Assembly (NCBI GenBank): GCA_963753345.1
Contig: CAVWBU010000027.1
Span: 218,447 to 282,446 of the forward strand
Source: an uncultured Fibrobacterota bacterium
GTDB lineage: Bacteria > Fibrobacterota > Chitinivibrionia > Chitinivibrionales > FEN-1185
Length of the DNA stretch: 64,000 nt
Reading direction: 5' to 3'
Each line of letters opens with the position of its first letter. The stretch's first letter is position 1. Position numbers and translations under genes: made by a program. The notes under the pieces were generated by a model. It saw nothing but the letters and a program-made list of their open reading frames with translations. It made no database searches and was not told the origin of the DNA. This document shows positions 20,714 through 31,439 of this stretch, one piece after another.

Positions 20714-22963
20714 TCATTGGTTACCGGATATACCTTTCTCGTCGCACATTGCCGCAACCAGCGGGTGCCACCGGGGAACGGCGTATGTCACGGCGGGTGA
20801 GTGCGATGTGCCGAACGTTGCTATCGCAGCGCCCCTGGTTACCGAGGGGGTATCGAGGAAATCGCCAAACATGATTGATGCATTTTTCATCTTCACTTCA
20901 AAACGGCGGAACACGGCGCGCTCTTCCCCGGGGACGCCGGCATCGAGAACCAGTGAGCATCCCGGTGACGGCGAAAAAGCGCATCGCGGAATTGCCGCGG
21001 AACATCGTACGCGATATTCCCGGGCGAACGCGAGAAAGTCCGGACATGATGAAAGGGTGCTTTCCGGGGCAAAAATTCTCTCAACATGATTGTCAATAAG
21101 TAAGGGCTCAACGGCCTGCACCATGGTGCAGGGGTTGTCCGAAAGAGCAATCGCGCCGATTCCCGGACCGGGCGCCTGTCTGAGCCAGGGTTCAATGACC
21201 CTGGCGTACGTTGTTCCGGTGATCGCCTTGCCGTCAAGTCCGGCTATCCACACGCTGTGGTTGGGCCAGCGGACGGCTGCGCAATGCGACTTTGCTATCT
21301 GGAAAAATACCACCTGCGACGGAGCGCTGTGCCATTGCCACAGGACAAGCACGACAAGCGCGGCGGCACAAACAATTCCCGCAACGCAAAAGTAACGTTT
21401 CACCAAGGCGGGCCGTACGGCGCAGATTCCCAGAAGAAAGACCCCGAAAAGAGCATACGCTGCGGGCAACAGGCGAGGCAGCTCGATTGCCGAGAGCTGC
21501 GAGTCCGCCGACAACGCCGCTGCGCTGCCTATCATCAATCCGACGCAGCATTCCGCCGCGGCCATCACCAACGGCACGAGGGGAGGGAACACAATCTGCA
21601 GAAGAAATCCCGCCATTGAAAACCACATAGAGACCGACATGAGGAACACCGCGAACAGGTTTACAATGATTCCCGAGAGCGAAAGCGTCCCGAAATGGTA
21701 GGCAAGAACCGGCGCAGAGGCCAGAAACGCGGCCAGCGAAACAGAGAAAGGCGCGGCCAGCGGCGAAAAAAGTTTTTTCGTGGGGAAAACCGGAACATCG
21801 CGCCAAAGCCTCAGGAAGACAGGAGAAAGCAGTACAATTCCGGCAGTTGCGCAAAAGGAAAGCTGGTAACCGGGCGTCAGAAGCGACAAAGGTGAAAACA
21901 GGAGCCAGACGATTCCCGCGATGCCCAGCGAATTGAGTACCTGCGGCCTTCTTTGAAAGAGAAACGAAACCATCACCATGGTTGTCATGACGACAGCGCG
22001 GAAAAGCGAGGGAATAGACCCTATGAAAAAAAGATACGACCAAACGAAGATAATAACAATGCCGGCTTTTGCTTCCCGTGGAATAGGCACCAGCAGAAGA
22101 AGCGCGAAAAGCGCGGCGGAAACGATGGCGACATTGAATCCGGACAAGGCAAGCAGGTGATAAATGCCCGCCTTGAAGAAAACACTTTTCATGCTGTCCG
22201 AGATATCGCTTCTGTCATTGAGGAACGAGGCGACAATAATTGCGCGGTAGTCGCTGTTTCGAATTTGCTCGGAGGCACGGTAGACCGTGCGGCGGGCAAA
22301 TCCCGTTAGCCGCTGCCACGCCCCGTGTTTTTCCCTGCATGAGACAATGGAGTCGCAATAGAACCTTCCCCAGACGCCGCGTGACATGCAGTAAAGATAG
22401 TCGTCGAATGCGCCCGGGTTGAGCGCGGGGCGCGGAGGCACGAAACGTCCTGCAAGCAAAACCTTCCCTGCAATGCAGGGCTCTTGCGCGCTTCGGCATT
22501 CAATCACCCGGTGCCGGAAAGCAGACCCTGCGTTTCTTGAAAAAAGGGAATCGCTTCTGACAAGGAATACAAAGCCTCCGCCGGAAGTTTCAGGCGAAGA
22601 AATAACCGTTCCGCTCAGCGTTGCATGCGCCACGCCGGACAAAAACGGTCGCGCCCGGAGGTATTCGGCCTGCTGGCCGCCAACGGACCATCCTGCAGCT
22701 GCCGCGCCGGCCAGGAAAAAGGCGACGCACCGCGTCTGCGGACGCGCGCACAACAGGCCGCCGCACACCGACAAAAAGATTGCAGAAGGGAAAACGACAT
22801 CATACAATATCAAGGACAAATGCACGGGCCGGAGCGCATAGTACCCAGCGAGGATGCCGGCCGAAAGTCCGGCCCATCCCACAAGACCGGGGAGCAGCAG
22901 CCAACCGTTGATGACGGGGAAGATCCCGGCGGCACGAGGCGGATGTTTCGTGGAACGGCTCAT
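20714..22963 (-). CDS. comEC: ComEC/Rec2-family DNA internalisation channel protein
   Basis: 749 aa and polytopic. Competence-domain motif GIYHLLALSGFNVAIV. Degenerate C-terminal beta-lactamase-like region. Confidence 0.8.
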   Translation of the reverse strand: MSRSTKHPPRAAGIFPVINGWLLLPGLVGWAGLSAGILAGYYALRPVHLSLILYDVVFPSAIFLSVCGGLLCARPQTRCVAFFLAGAAAAGWSVGGQQAEYLRARPFLSGVAHATLSGTVISSPETSGGGFVFLVRSDSLFSRNAGSAFRHRVIECRSAQEPCIAGKVLLAGRFVPPRPALNPGAFDDYLYCMSRGVWGRFYCDSIVSCREKHGAWQRLTGFARRTVYRASEQIRNSDYRAIIVASFLNDRSDISDSMKSVFFKAGIYHLLALSGFNVAIVSAALFALLLLVPIPREAKAGIVIIFVWSYLFFIGSIPSLFRAVVMTTMVMVSFLFQRRPQVLNSLGIAGIVWLLFSPLSLLTPGYQLSFCATAGIVLLSPVFLRLWRDVPVFPTKKLFSPLAAPFSVSLAAFLASAPVLAYHFGTLSLSGIIVNLFAVFLMSVSMWFSMAGFLLQIVFPPLVPLVMAAAECCVGLMIGSAAALSADSQLSAIELPRLLPAAYALFGVFLLGICAVRPALVKRYFCVAGIVCAAALVVLVLWQWHSAPSQVVFFQIAKSHCAAVRWPNHSVWIAGLDGKAITGTTYARVIEPWLRQAPGPGIGAIALSDNPCTMVQAVEPLLIDNHVERIFAPESTLSSCPDFLAFAREYRVRCSAAIPRCAFSPSPGCSLVLDAGVPGEERAVFRRFEVKMKNASIMFGDFLDTPSVTRGAAIATFGTSHSPAVTYAVPRWHPLVAAMCDEKGISGNQ

Positions 22964-23024
22964 CGGCTATCAAAATACGATTTTGTGCAAACCCTGAACC
23001 GATAAAAGGCGTCCGGAGACGGCG

Positions 23025-23960
23025 ATGAGCGCATTTTCAAAGACCGACAAATGCATTCTTGTGGTTGACGACGAAAAGGAAATGCGCGAGATGATCGTTG
23101 ACTACCTGGAGATGGAGGGATATGCCGTGCTGGGGGCCGCAAACGGCCGGGAGGCGCTCGATACGTTTCTGCCCAATCACGCCATCGACCTTGTTCTCTC
23201 GGACATCAACATGCCGGTGATGAAGGGTTTTGAACTGCTCAAGGAGGTGCGCGCATTGTATCCGGGCATCAAGCGGGTCCTCATTACCGCATACAATGTT
23301 GAAGACTATCTCGAACTTGCCATGAAGCACGACGTGGGAAACATCTTTGTCAAGTCAACGCCGTTTGACTTCCAAGAACTATCCGCCATCCTCGAAAGCC
23401 TTCTTTCCGGCGACATTTTCGGTTTGTCAAAGTACTTTGACAAACCGATACTGGAGAAGACCTTTGTCATTCGGAAGGGAAACAGGCTCGACGAATACGC
23501 CAGGGAAATAGTGTCGCACCTCCCCAACGTCTCCAATGCAAAGAAGATTGAGCTTGTGCTTGTCGAACTCATCGCCAATGCGGTTTTTTACGGCATCAGG
23601 AAAGAAAACTCCGAAGACAAGCAAGAATGGGTGTATAACTTTGAAATGGCGGAAAACGAAGCTCCGCGCGTCACCCTTATCGCAGATATGGAAAAGTTCG
23701 GCATATCCGTGATCGACAGCGGAGGCAGGCTGAGCAAGAACGATGTGCTGTACTGGCTCAACAGGCAGGTCACGCGCGGCGAAACCGGATTACCGCTCGG
23801 CGCGTACGACTCCCATGGAAGGGGATTATTCATCGCCAGGGAATACATCGACAGACTTATCATCAACATCGACAAAAACGTGCAAACCGAGGTCATTATC
23901 ATCAAGTATCTCACCCAGAACTACTCGGGGTATAAGCCCCTGCATATTAATGAAATATGA
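23025..23960 (+). CDS. Response regulator: receiver domain fused to a SpoIIAB/RsbW-like HATPase domain
   Basis: REC domain (ILVVDDE..DLVLSDINMPVMKG..ITAY) followed by LVELIANAVFYG and DSGGRL blocks. Confidence 0.65.
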   Translation: MSAFSKTDKCILVVDDEKEMREMIVDYLEMEGYAVLGAANGREALDTFLPNHAIDLVLSDINMPVMKGFELLKEVRALYPGIKRVLITAYNVEDYLELAMKHDVGNIFVKSTPFDFQELSAILESLLSGDIFGLSKYFDKPILEKTFVIRKGNRLDEYAREIVSHLPNVSNAKKIELVLVELIANAVFYGIRKENSEDKQEWVYNFEMAENEAPRVTLIADMEKFGISVIDSGGRLSKNDVLYWLNRQVTRGETGLPLGAYDSHGRGLFIAREYIDRLIINIDKNVQTEVIIIKYLTQNYSGYKPLHINEI

Positions 23961-24898
23961 TGCTTTCGTCAAGGGTTGCCGCAGGTCCTGCAAAACTGCC
24001 GCTGGTTGAATACCTGGCCGGCCGGTTCACCTATCTTACCAAAGAGGAATGGCGGGCCAGGATTCTTGATCAACGCGTTTTCGTCAACCAAAATCCGTCG
24101 GCGCCCGAGGCTGTTGTGGGCACGGGCGATCGGATCAGCTACATGCTGCAGGAACTTTCCGAACCGGAAGCGGATACCAACTACGCGACGTTGTACGAGG
24201 ACGATTGGATTGTTGCAATCAACAAACCGGGCAATCTTCTGGTTCACCGGGCCGGCGTATCGATTACCCGGAACCTGGTCTATCTGCTTCGTCATGCGTC
24301 GGGGAATCCAGCCTATTCATCAATCCACTCGGTGAGCAGGCTCGATCGCGAAACGTCGGGACTCGTGCTGTTCGCAAAGAGCGCAGACTCTCTGCGGACT
24401 CTGCACAGGGCCTTTGCGGCGAAAGCCGTTGAAAAGGAATATGTCGCGGTGGTCCACAACGCACCGGCCGAACAAATCATGTCGGTGAATCTGCCGATCG
24501 GTCCCGCCGTGGCTTCGGCCGTGCACTACAAGTTCGCCGTGGATTCGGCGCACGGGAAGGCCGCGAGCACCGTTATCGAGAAGGTGAGCTGCGCCGGCAA
24601 TTTTTCCCTGGTGCGTGCAAGACCGCTCACCGGAAGGACACATCAGATCCGGATCCACCTTGCCGCCATCGGCAACCCCGTGGTCGGCGACAAGCTGTAC
24701 GGCATGCCGGAATCGGATTACCTGGCATGGCGCAGCAACCCGAAGGGGCATGTGCATCTGCTCGAGTTTCCGCGTCAGGCGCTTCATTGCCGCAGGCTTG
24801 TCTTTGCGCATCCGGCAACGGGGAAGACGCTGTCGCTTGAGGCGCCGCTGCCCGAAGACATGCTCGGGCTCATCAGGAGACTTGGATTGACTTTATAG
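23957..24898 (+). CDS. RluA-family pseudouridine synthase
   Basis: Catalytic motif SRLDRETSGLVLFAK plus GRTHQIRIHLA. The start overlaps the upstream stop (ATGATG). Confidence 0.85.
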   Translation: MMLSSRVAAGPAKLPLVEYLAGRFTYLTKEEWRARILDQRVFVNQNPSAPEAVVGTGDRISYMLQELSEPEADTNYATLYEDDWIVAINKPGNLLVHRAGVSITRNLVYLLRHASGNPAYSSIHSVSRLDRETSGLVLFAKSADSLRTLHRAFAAKAVEKEYVAVVHNAPAEQIMSVNLPIGPAVASAVHYKFAVDSAHGKAASTVIEKVSCAGNFSLVRARPLTGRTHQIRIHLAAIGNPVVGDKLYGMPESDYLAWRSNPKGHVHLLEFPRQALHCRRLVFAHPATGKTLSLEAPLPEDMLGLIRRLGLTL

Positions 24899-25631
24899 AA
24901 GTTTGAGGCCGAGGCTGTTCCAAAGCCTGTCCTTCCTTTTCGCTCGCGCCATAGGGCGGGACCCGCGTGTTAAACATCACCACCATTTCGCCCCGCGGAG
25001 GTTTTTGTGCAAAATGCGCAAGCAGGGACGCCGGGGTGCCGCGAAGAAATTCCTCGTGGATTTTGGTGATCTCCCGCGCGATCACCACCGACACGGCGCC
25101 CAGGATTTCCTTCATGTCCTCAAGCACCTTAACAATGCGGAACGGCGCTTCATAGAAAACAACCGTCCGCGGCTCGCTGCGCATCCCCTCGAAGAAGCGC
25201 CGGCGCCTGCCGCTTTTCACGGGGAGAAAGTTTTCAAAAATAAACCTGTCGGTGGGAAGGCCGCCGCACGCCAGCGCCGCGATGGCCGCGCACGCTCCCG
25301 GTACCGGAACAACCGGTATGCCTTCCCGTACGGCCGCGCGCACAAGATAGAACGCCTCGTCCGCAACACCCGGCGTTCCCGCATCGCAGATGATTGCAAC
25401 GTCCTGTCCCTCCTTGAGCATGGCAATGATGCGCGGCGTGAGCTTTTCCTTGTTGAAATCATGGAACGCCAGCACCTGCGGCGCAGCGCCGATATGGTCG
25501 AGAAGCACCCGCGATCTCCGCGTGTCTTCGGCAAGAACCACACCCGCGGCGGCAAGAATTTTCTTCGCCCTGACCGTGATATCGTCAAGGTTTCCGATGG
25601 GAGTGGAAACAACGTGAAGGGCGGCCATCAT
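24873..25631 (-). CDS. rsmI: 16S rRNA (cytidine1402-2'-O)-methyltransferase
   Basis: Start at ATG 25631 (MMAALHVVSTPIGNLDDITVRA). Tetrapyrrole-methylase fold sequence. Confidence 0.85.
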   Translation of the reverse strand: MMAALHVVSTPIGNLDDITVRAKKILAAAGVVLAEDTRRSRVLLDHIGAAPQVLAFHDFNKEKLTPRIIAMLKEGQDVAIICDAGTPGVADEAFYLVRAAVREGIPVVPVPGACAAIAALACGGLPTDRFIFENFLPVKSGRRRRFFEGMRSEPRTVVFYEAPFRIVKVLEDMKEILGAVSVVIAREITKIHEEFLRGTPASLLAHFAQKPPRGEMVVMFNTRVPPYGASEKEGQALEQPRPQTSIKSIQVS

Positions 25632-25644
25632 TATCCTTCCGGTT

Positions 25645-26070
25645 TCACGATGCGGGCGGTGACTGAGTTTCCCTCTGAAATTGCTCAATGATGAGGCATG
25701 CGGCAATCCGGTCGATATTCTCTTTTTTCCTGCGCGACTTCCGCTTCCGGTAAAGCAGGATATCATTGGCCCGCATCGACGTGAAGCTCTCGTCGACAAA
25801 ATGGACCGGCTCCGGGGTTTTCTGCGCAAGCTGCAAGGCAAATGCGCGGATTTCCAGGGACATTTTCGTGTCGCCTCCGTCGGCGTCGAGCGGAAGCCCA
25901 ACCACGATTTGTGAAGCGCGCTCCTCCTTGACAATAGTCACAAGCGCATCCAGATAATTGGGGCGTGTCTTTCTGTCAATGGTGGGAAGGCTTCGAATGA
26001 ACTCACCGTTTTCGTCGGTCGTGGCGATGCCGATCCTGCGGCGCCCGTAATCAATGCCGATGAGCTTCAT
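25645..26070 (-). CDS. ruvX: Holliday-junction-resolvase-like nuclease YqgF
   Basis: Start at ATG 26070 (MKLIGIDYGRRRIGIATTD). Confidence 0.85.
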   Translation of the reverse strand: MKLIGIDYGRRRIGIATTDENGEFIRSLPTIDRKTRPNYLDALVTIVKEERASQIVVGLPLDADGGDTKMSLEIRAFALQLAQKTPEPVHFVDESFTSMRANDILLYRKRKSRRKKENIDRIAACLIIEQFQRETQSPPAS

Positions 26071-27868
26071 CAACGGTTTTGGTCCATTCCATGAGGATTT
26101 CAAGCGTCGACAGGTCGACGTTTTTCGTCTGGCTCGTCTTATCGAGAACGAAATGAAAATGTCCCTTCTTGAGATTGAGCATTTCGAACACGGCCTCGCG
26201 GCCCTGCTGCGTCTGCGTCGCAGCATAGGAGAGGCGCCCCTGCTCAAAGTAGATGAGGCCGAACGGCCTGTCGATCACCACGTACAGGCACCCCGTTTTT
26301 CTCCCGATCTCTATGAACTGCATTACCTCGATCAGGCTCCCTTGCCCGATTTCGCCGCCGAGGGCGGACGTCTCCACGCTCTTGCGAATCGCTTTTGTTC
26401 CGCTCTTTGACAAAATGATCGGGGTGACAAGCTTGAAAATATCCCTGTCGGAAAAGGCAAGGCCCAGAAAATGGGCGTTGGAAAAGGCGTCCGGTTTTCT
26501 CATCACCTCGGCGTCCGGAACGTTGTAGAAAATCACCAGGGTGTCCGTCGCGGAGCGTAGGCCCGTAAATATCGACTCCAGAAGGGGCAGCGCCCTGTTG
26601 TCGAGCTGCCAGTCCACCACGATGACGTCCGGTTCGTAATGCCCAAGCAGGTTCGCCGCGTGCTCGAACGACGACGTGCTTTGAATGTCAAACCCGATTT
26701 CCGAAAAGCACTTTGACATCGTGGTCGTGGCGTCGCTCAGCGAATACTGCATCTGCTTTTCCGATTTCGCAATGATCAGAAGGTCCTTCTTGACCGCGAC
26801 CTTGCGCGCGGACTTGTTCCTCAGCGAAATGACGACCAGCACGATCACCAGCACCAAGAGAATGACCGCCACGCCTCCCACCGAAGCGTACAGCACAATC
26901 CGGTGGATGTTCGTCACGGATGTAGGCGCGTCGACGATTCGTCCGTACCGGCGGTCGATCCAACCCGGGCTGTTTCCAAACTGAATCTTGCACCAGGAGG
27001 TTCCCGTGTACAGCAGCGGGTAACACTCGCTGTTGCGTGCGATGCCGAGAATAGGGGACTCCGGGCTCACCGAGGCCAGCACCTTTGCGGGGCTTTCGGT
27101 GATCTCAAAGTATTTTTGCTGCGCCTGCTGCTTCTGTTCTCCGGGCTGCGGCTGCGCGCCTGCTTTTTCCGCTGAAGATTTGGACGGTGATGCAGGCTTG
27201 CCGGAAACGCTCGCTGTCTCCGGCGGATACGCCGAGAGTTCTTTCGTCCCGGTAATGGGCATCACGGAGGCTGGAGGAAGATCCACCGTCACATTTTGCT
27301 GCTTCCTCTGTTTGTGAGCGACTTTCTTCTGCGCCTGTTCACCGAAAGGTTCCTGTTTCTCTTCGTAACGCTGGGCGGCCGGCTCTGCTGAAGGTTGCGG
27401 CTTGACAATTGCCGGTACCGGATTCTGCTGGACTGCCTGGGGTTTCTGCGGCGTCGCGCCGGGAGCCTGTTGCGCTGCCAAGGGAGCTGCCGACGCCGGT
27501 GCCTGCTGGGATTGGATAGGCGGAGGCGCCGTGAAGGGGGCCTGTTTCGAAGGAACTGAAGGTTGCGTCGGCTTTGCCTGCCGTGGCGGCGGGGGAGAAC
27601 CGGCTGTCTCGGCAGGCTCGACGTTGGCCTGGAATATCCAGCCTATGCTGCCGTTGAATTCTACGTTGTACCACTCGCCGTTTTTTGAAAGGACTTTGAG
27701 ATGGTCGCCTTTCCTGGCTATGCCCAGGGTTTTTGCGTCGCCATAGGGCATGAGAAGGACCCGAGCGACGTCCTTGCTTACCGTCACGGAACCGTTGTCA
27801 GCTCCATAGACCGAAAGAGCAAGGAATAAAAAGAGCGCGACTGCGCAGAAAAAGCGGGCATGCTTCAT
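26051..27868 (-). CDS. Membrane protein: signal peptide, SH3b, P/Q/A-rich linker, TM, receiver-like domain, DUF4388
   Basis: SH3b block GDHLKVLSKNGEWYNVEFNGSIGWI. About 170 aa of low-complexity linker. TM segment VAVILLVLVIVLVVI. C-terminal DUF4388-type block GSLIEVMQFIEIGRKTGCLYVV. Confidence 0.7.
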   Translation of the reverse strand: MKHARFFCAVALFLFLALSVYGADNGSVTVSKDVARVLLMPYGDAKTLGIARKGDHLKVLSKNGEWYNVEFNGSIGWIFQANVEPAETAGSPPPPRQAKPTQPSVPSKQAPFTAPPPIQSQQAPASAAPLAAQQAPGATPQKPQAVQQNPVPAIVKPQPSAEPAAQRYEEKQEPFGEQAQKKVAHKQRKQQNVTVDLPPASVMPITGTKELSAYPPETASVSGKPASPSKSSAEKAGAQPQPGEQKQQAQQKYFEITESPAKVLASVSPESPILGIARNSECYPLLYTGTSWCKIQFGNSPGWIDRRYGRIVDAPTSVTNIHRIVLYASVGGVAVILLVLVIVLVVISLRNKSARKVAVKKDLLIIAKSEKQMQYSLSDATTTMSKCFSEIGFDIQSTSSFEHAANLLGHYEPDVIVVDWQLDNRALPLLESIFTGLRSATDTLVIFYNVPDAEVMRKPDAFSNAHFLGLAFSDRDIFKLVTPIILSKSGTKAIRKSVETSALGGEIGQGSLIEVMQFIEIGRKTGCLYVVIDRPFGLIYFEQGRLSYAATQTQQGREAVFEMLNLKKGHFHFVLDKTSQTKNVDLSTLEILMEWTKTVDEAHRH

Positions 27869-27877
27869 GGCGCGCGG

Positions 27878-28243
27878 TCATACTTCAACGGCTTTTTGTT
27901 TGTAAATGTACATCGACACTCCGACAAGCGTGCCCAGCAGCAGAATAACGAAAACAAAGAACGTTCCAATCGGCAGATATTGCGGGTTGTTCACGACAAC
28001 GCCCGCCTTCTCCTCGAGCCAGCCGACCTTGTCCTTTATCTTGATCTGATACCATGCCTTTCCTTCGTAGACAAGCTCGAAATGGTCGCCCTTTTTCGCC
28101 ACGACGATAACGTTTGATTTGGGATCAAGAAATTCATACACGTTGACAAAAGGATTCTTTATTTCCACGTATTTCGTTGCGGCGTGGGAAACGGAAACCA
28201 GAAGGAAAAGAAAACTCAGAAGAGAAACTGTCAGCTGCTTCAT
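27878..28243 (-). CDS. Small SH3b-domain protein with a C-terminal membrane anchor
   Basis: Signal peptide, then GDHFELVYEGKAWYQIKIKDKVGWL, then the hydrophobic tail LPIGTFFVFVILLLGTLVGV. Confidence 0.6.
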   Translation of the reverse strand: MKQLTVSLLSFLFLLVSVSHAATKYVEIKNPFVNVYEFLDPKSNVIVVAKKGDHFELVYEGKAWYQIKIKDKVGWLEEKAGVVVNNPQYLPIGTFFVFVILLLGTLVGVSMYIYKQKAVEV

Positions 28244-28248
28244 GAAGG

Positions 28249-29316
28249 TTACCTCCTCTTTAGGATGGTTGATTGAACCGAATTGTTCAAATCTGCAAAG
28301 AAACGTTCTTGCGACGATTGGTCGGCAAAGGACAAACCTATTTTAAGATACCAAATATCCCGGCGATTTACAAGCTTTATGGTATTCAATCTGAAGGCAT
28401 CTTTTTCCGTCGTGATGATGCCGTCAAAGCCGCTCCCGCGCAATCGTTCGACCTCGTCTTTGGTGAAGGCGTGATGGTCGTCGAAGAATCGGGAAGCGCG
28501 GGCGCTTACTCCCATTGCCGCGAGCATGCTGGTGAACCGCTCCGGGCGCGCAATCCCGGATAACAGCAGGGGGCTTGTGAGATTGAGTTGCGGGACGGTT
28601 TCACCGGTTTCAAGATTGCGCCATTCGGCCGGAACCTGATAGAGGATAACCGTGGGCTTGCCTGGAAAAATGGAAGAAAGCCGTTCAAGCGTGCGGGCGC
28701 ATTCATCCGCTTCCTGGCGGGTTCCGATAACGCAAAGGCAATCAGCGCGTTTGCACGCTGCAAGCGGCTCGCGAAGCGTGCCTGCCGGCAGCAGCTTGTC
28801 GGCAAACGGCGCGGGTGGAAGACAGACAATGTCGAAGGCCCTTTTCACCTGCCGGTGCTGAAAACCGTCATCGAGCACGAATACGGTATCGGGCGGAACT
28901 TCTTCGCAGAGTCGTCGCGCGCTTTCGCGCCTGTCAGGAGAAATTCCAAGCCACGACTGCGGCAGCGCATGGTGCAGCAGTGCCGGTTCGTCTCCCACAA
29001 ACTCCCAGGAAACTTCCGCGCCTGGTTTAGAAATGACCATACGGCTATCCGACCTTCCGTAGCCCCGGCTCAAAAAGGCAACACAACGCCCCTTCCCGGC
29101 GAAATGCCTGCCCACCAGCAGCGACACAGGCGTCTTGCCCGTGCCTCCTGCATGAATCGCGCCCACGCTTACGACAGGGCGACCGATCTCATGGGAGAGC
29201 GCCGGCACGTTGTCGTAGAGGAAGTTTCGCAGCGACACACCGCTTGTGAAGATTGACGACAGGATTAGTGGAACCATTCCGTCGCCAAGAGGTTGTCGGG
29301 GAATTGTGAGTGACAT
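28249..29316 (-). CDS. lpxK: Tetraacyldisaccharide 4'-kinase
   Basis: P-loop GAIHAGGTGKTPV. The start is ambiguous (ATG 29316, 29277 or 29370). Confidence 0.8.
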   Translation of the reverse strand: MSLTIPRQPLGDGMVPLILSSIFTSGVSLRNFLYDNVPALSHEIGRPVVSVGAIHAGGTGKTPVSLLVGRHFAGKGRCVAFLSRGYGRSDSRMVISKPGAEVSWEFVGDEPALLHHALPQSWLGISPDRRESARRLCEEVPPDTVFVLDDGFQHRQVKRAFDIVCLPPAPFADKLLPAGTLREPLAACKRADCLCVIGTRQEADECARTLERLSSIFPGKPTVILYQVPAEWRNLETGETVPQLNLTSPLLLSGIARPERFTSMLAAMGVSARASRFFDDHHAFTKDEVERLRGSGFDGIITTEKDAFRLNTIKLVNRRDIWYLKIGLSFADQSSQERFFADLNNSVQSTILKRR

Positions 29317-29429
29317 ATTCGTTTGGCGCTGTGCAGATGAAAATGTGATCGGCGTGCAATCATTAAACAATACAAAAATATGTGATGAACAGGTCGGCAG
29401 GTCTGTGGACCGCGGAGTGTTTACCCTGT

Positions 29430-30335
29430 TCAGGCTTTGGCCATCACAATTCGCGTCCTGCCTGCAAGATCAGGGAAAGTCCTGATACTATTCCACCCAT
29501 GACCGGCCAGGAGCCTGGAAACTTTTTCTTCCTGCGATGCTCCTATCTCGCAATAGAACCTGCCTCCGGGAATAAGAACGTTTTTCGCTTGGGTCGCGAG
29601 CAATTCGTAAAAATCAAGTCCGTCCTCACCGCCCGCCAGGGCGACAAGGGGCTCAAAAAGCCTCACGCTTTCATCAAGTTTTTGCATTTCATCGTCGGAA
29701 ACATACGGAGGATTGCTCACGACAAAATCAAATTTGTGCCTTGATTTGTCATCATTACTTGATGTGCCGCCGACCATAGAGCGGGGAGATGCGGTGGTGC
29801 TTACCGCACTCAGGTTCTTGACAGCCGAAAACATATCGCAGCACAACATATTCACTCGTGCCTTGGGGCAATTATTTCTCGCAATGCGCAATGCCGCTAG
29901 GGAACAGTCTGTCGCGATTCCATGCCATTGCGGCCTGCGACTGACAAGTGCCGCACTTATTGCCCCGCTGCCCGTGCATAAATCGATAAACCGACATGGT
30001 TGTGAATGCTCATGTGCGAGTATTGTTTCGACCAGTATTTCTGTCTCGGCACGCGGAATCAGGACATCGGGCGTAACCACAAGATCAACTGAATGAAAAT
30101 GTGTAACACCGAGCACATAGGGGAGCGGTTCGCCGGTGAGCCGTTGCCTGATTAAATTCTCTATGGAGGCATTTTCCCGTTCGCTCGTTTTTCTTGCCGA
30201 AAGGTACAGTTCGCTCCTGGTGCATTGCAGGACATGCTGAAGTATCTCTTCCGCTTCCGGCAAGGAAGTGTCACCGGCAACAGGTGCAAGCTTGTCCCTT
30301 GCGGAACGGAGCAGTGTGAGAAGGTCTGCGGCCAT
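29430..30335 (-). CDS. prmC: Release-factor glutamine N5-methyltransferase
   Basis: NPPY motif (VVSNPPYV), SAM motif DLCTGSGAI, and position immediately after prfA. Confidence 0.85.
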   Translation of the reverse strand: MAADLLTLLRSARDKLAPVAGDTSLPEAEEILQHVLQCTRSELYLSARKTSERENASIENLIRQRLTGEPLPYVLGVTHFHSVDLVVTPDVLIPRAETEILVETILAHEHSQPCRFIDLCTGSGAISAALVSRRPQWHGIATDCSLAALRIARNNCPKARVNMLCCDMFSAVKNLSAVSTTASPRSMVGGTSSNDDKSRHKFDFVVSNPPYVSDDEMQKLDESVRLFEPLVALAGGEDGLDFYELLATQAKNVLIPGGRFYCEIGASQEEKVSRLLAGHGWNSIRTFPDLAGRTRIVMAKA

Positions 30336-30395
30336 TATGTGACAGTGGGTGAGGCAGGAAACAGTTACGACGTTCCCGATAGTCGAATCCGTTCG

Positions 30396-31439
30396 TCAAG
30401 GTCCGCTGCAGCCGAGCGCGTCGACGACCTCCTGCAGGTCGCCGTTCATGACTGCGTCAAGTTTGTAGAGCGTCAAGTTGATTCTGTGATCGCTCAGGCG
30501 GTTCTGCGGGAAGTTATAGGTTCGGATTTTTTCGCTCCTGTCGCCGGAGCCGACCATGCTCTTGCGGTTCGCGGATTCCGCGGCCTGTTTTTGAGACGTA
30601 CGCAAATCAAACAGCCGTGAGGACAGGATCTTCATGGCACGTGCCTTGTTCTTGTGCTGCGACTTTTCATCCTGGCATATTACGGTAAGGCCCGTCGGAA
30701 GGTGCACGATTCTCACCGCGGATTCCGTCTTGTTCACGTGCTGGCCGCCCTTGCCGCCGGCCCGGAAAACGTCAATCCGGATTTCAGACGGGTCGATATT
30801 CACTTCGACGTCGTCCGCCTCGGGGAAAACCGCCACCGAAGCGGCTGAGGTGTGAATGCGCCCCTGCGCTTCGGTCTGCGGCACGCGCTGAACACGGTGA
30901 ACGCCGGATTCATACTTGAAAGCGCCGTATGCTTCCTCGCCTTTGACAAGAAAAATAATCTCCTTGACTGCGCCGATATCGCCGTAGCTGGAGCTGAAGA
31001 CTTCAATGGCCCACCCTTTATTTTCAATATAATGAGTGTACATTCTGTAAAGATCGGCTGCAAAAATCCCCGCCTCGATTCCCCCCGTGCCGGCCCGGAT
31101 CTCCACAAGCGCATTCTTGAAATCGTTTGGGTCTTTGGGCACGAGGTAGTACTTGATTTTCTGCTCGATTTTCGGAATGTCCATTCCGATCCGTTCGTTT
31201 TCTTCCTTCGCGAGCTGCCGCAACTCGGGGTCGGTCTCGGTTGCGAGCAATTCAATGTTCGCGGCAATGGCCTCCACCAAGGCAAGATACCTCTGGTATT
31301 CCGGCATGTTCCGCTTAAGAACATTGTATTCCCTGCCCAGTTTTTCGAGCAGGCCAGGATTGGACGAAACGGCAGCGGAGGCGAGTTCCTCTTCGAGCGC
31401 TTTCTGGCGTGAGATAAGCTCCCGGATTCTTTCGATCAT
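30396..31439 (-). CDS. prfA: Peptide chain release factor 1
   Basis: Start at ATG 31439 ([12 protein letters not shown]). GGQ motif [20 protein letters not shown]1-type tripeptide region [14 protein letters not shown]. Confidence 0.9.
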   Translation of the reverse strand: MIERIRELISRQKALEEELASAAVSSNPGLLEKLGREYNVLKRNMPEYQRYLALVEAIAANIELLATETDPELRQLAKEENERIGMDIPKIEQKIKYYLVPKDPNDFKNALVEIRAGTGGIEAGIFAADLYRMYTHYIENKGWAIEVFSSSYGDIGAVKEIIFLVKGEEAYGAFKYESGVHRVQRVPQTEAQGRIHTSAASVAVFPEADDVEVNIDPSEIRIDVFRAGGKGGQHVNKTESAVRIVHLPTGLTVICQDEKSQHKNKARAMKILSSRLFDLRTSQKQAAESANRKSMVGSGDRSEKIRTYNFPQNRLSDHRINLTLYKLDAVMNGDLQEVVDALGCSGP

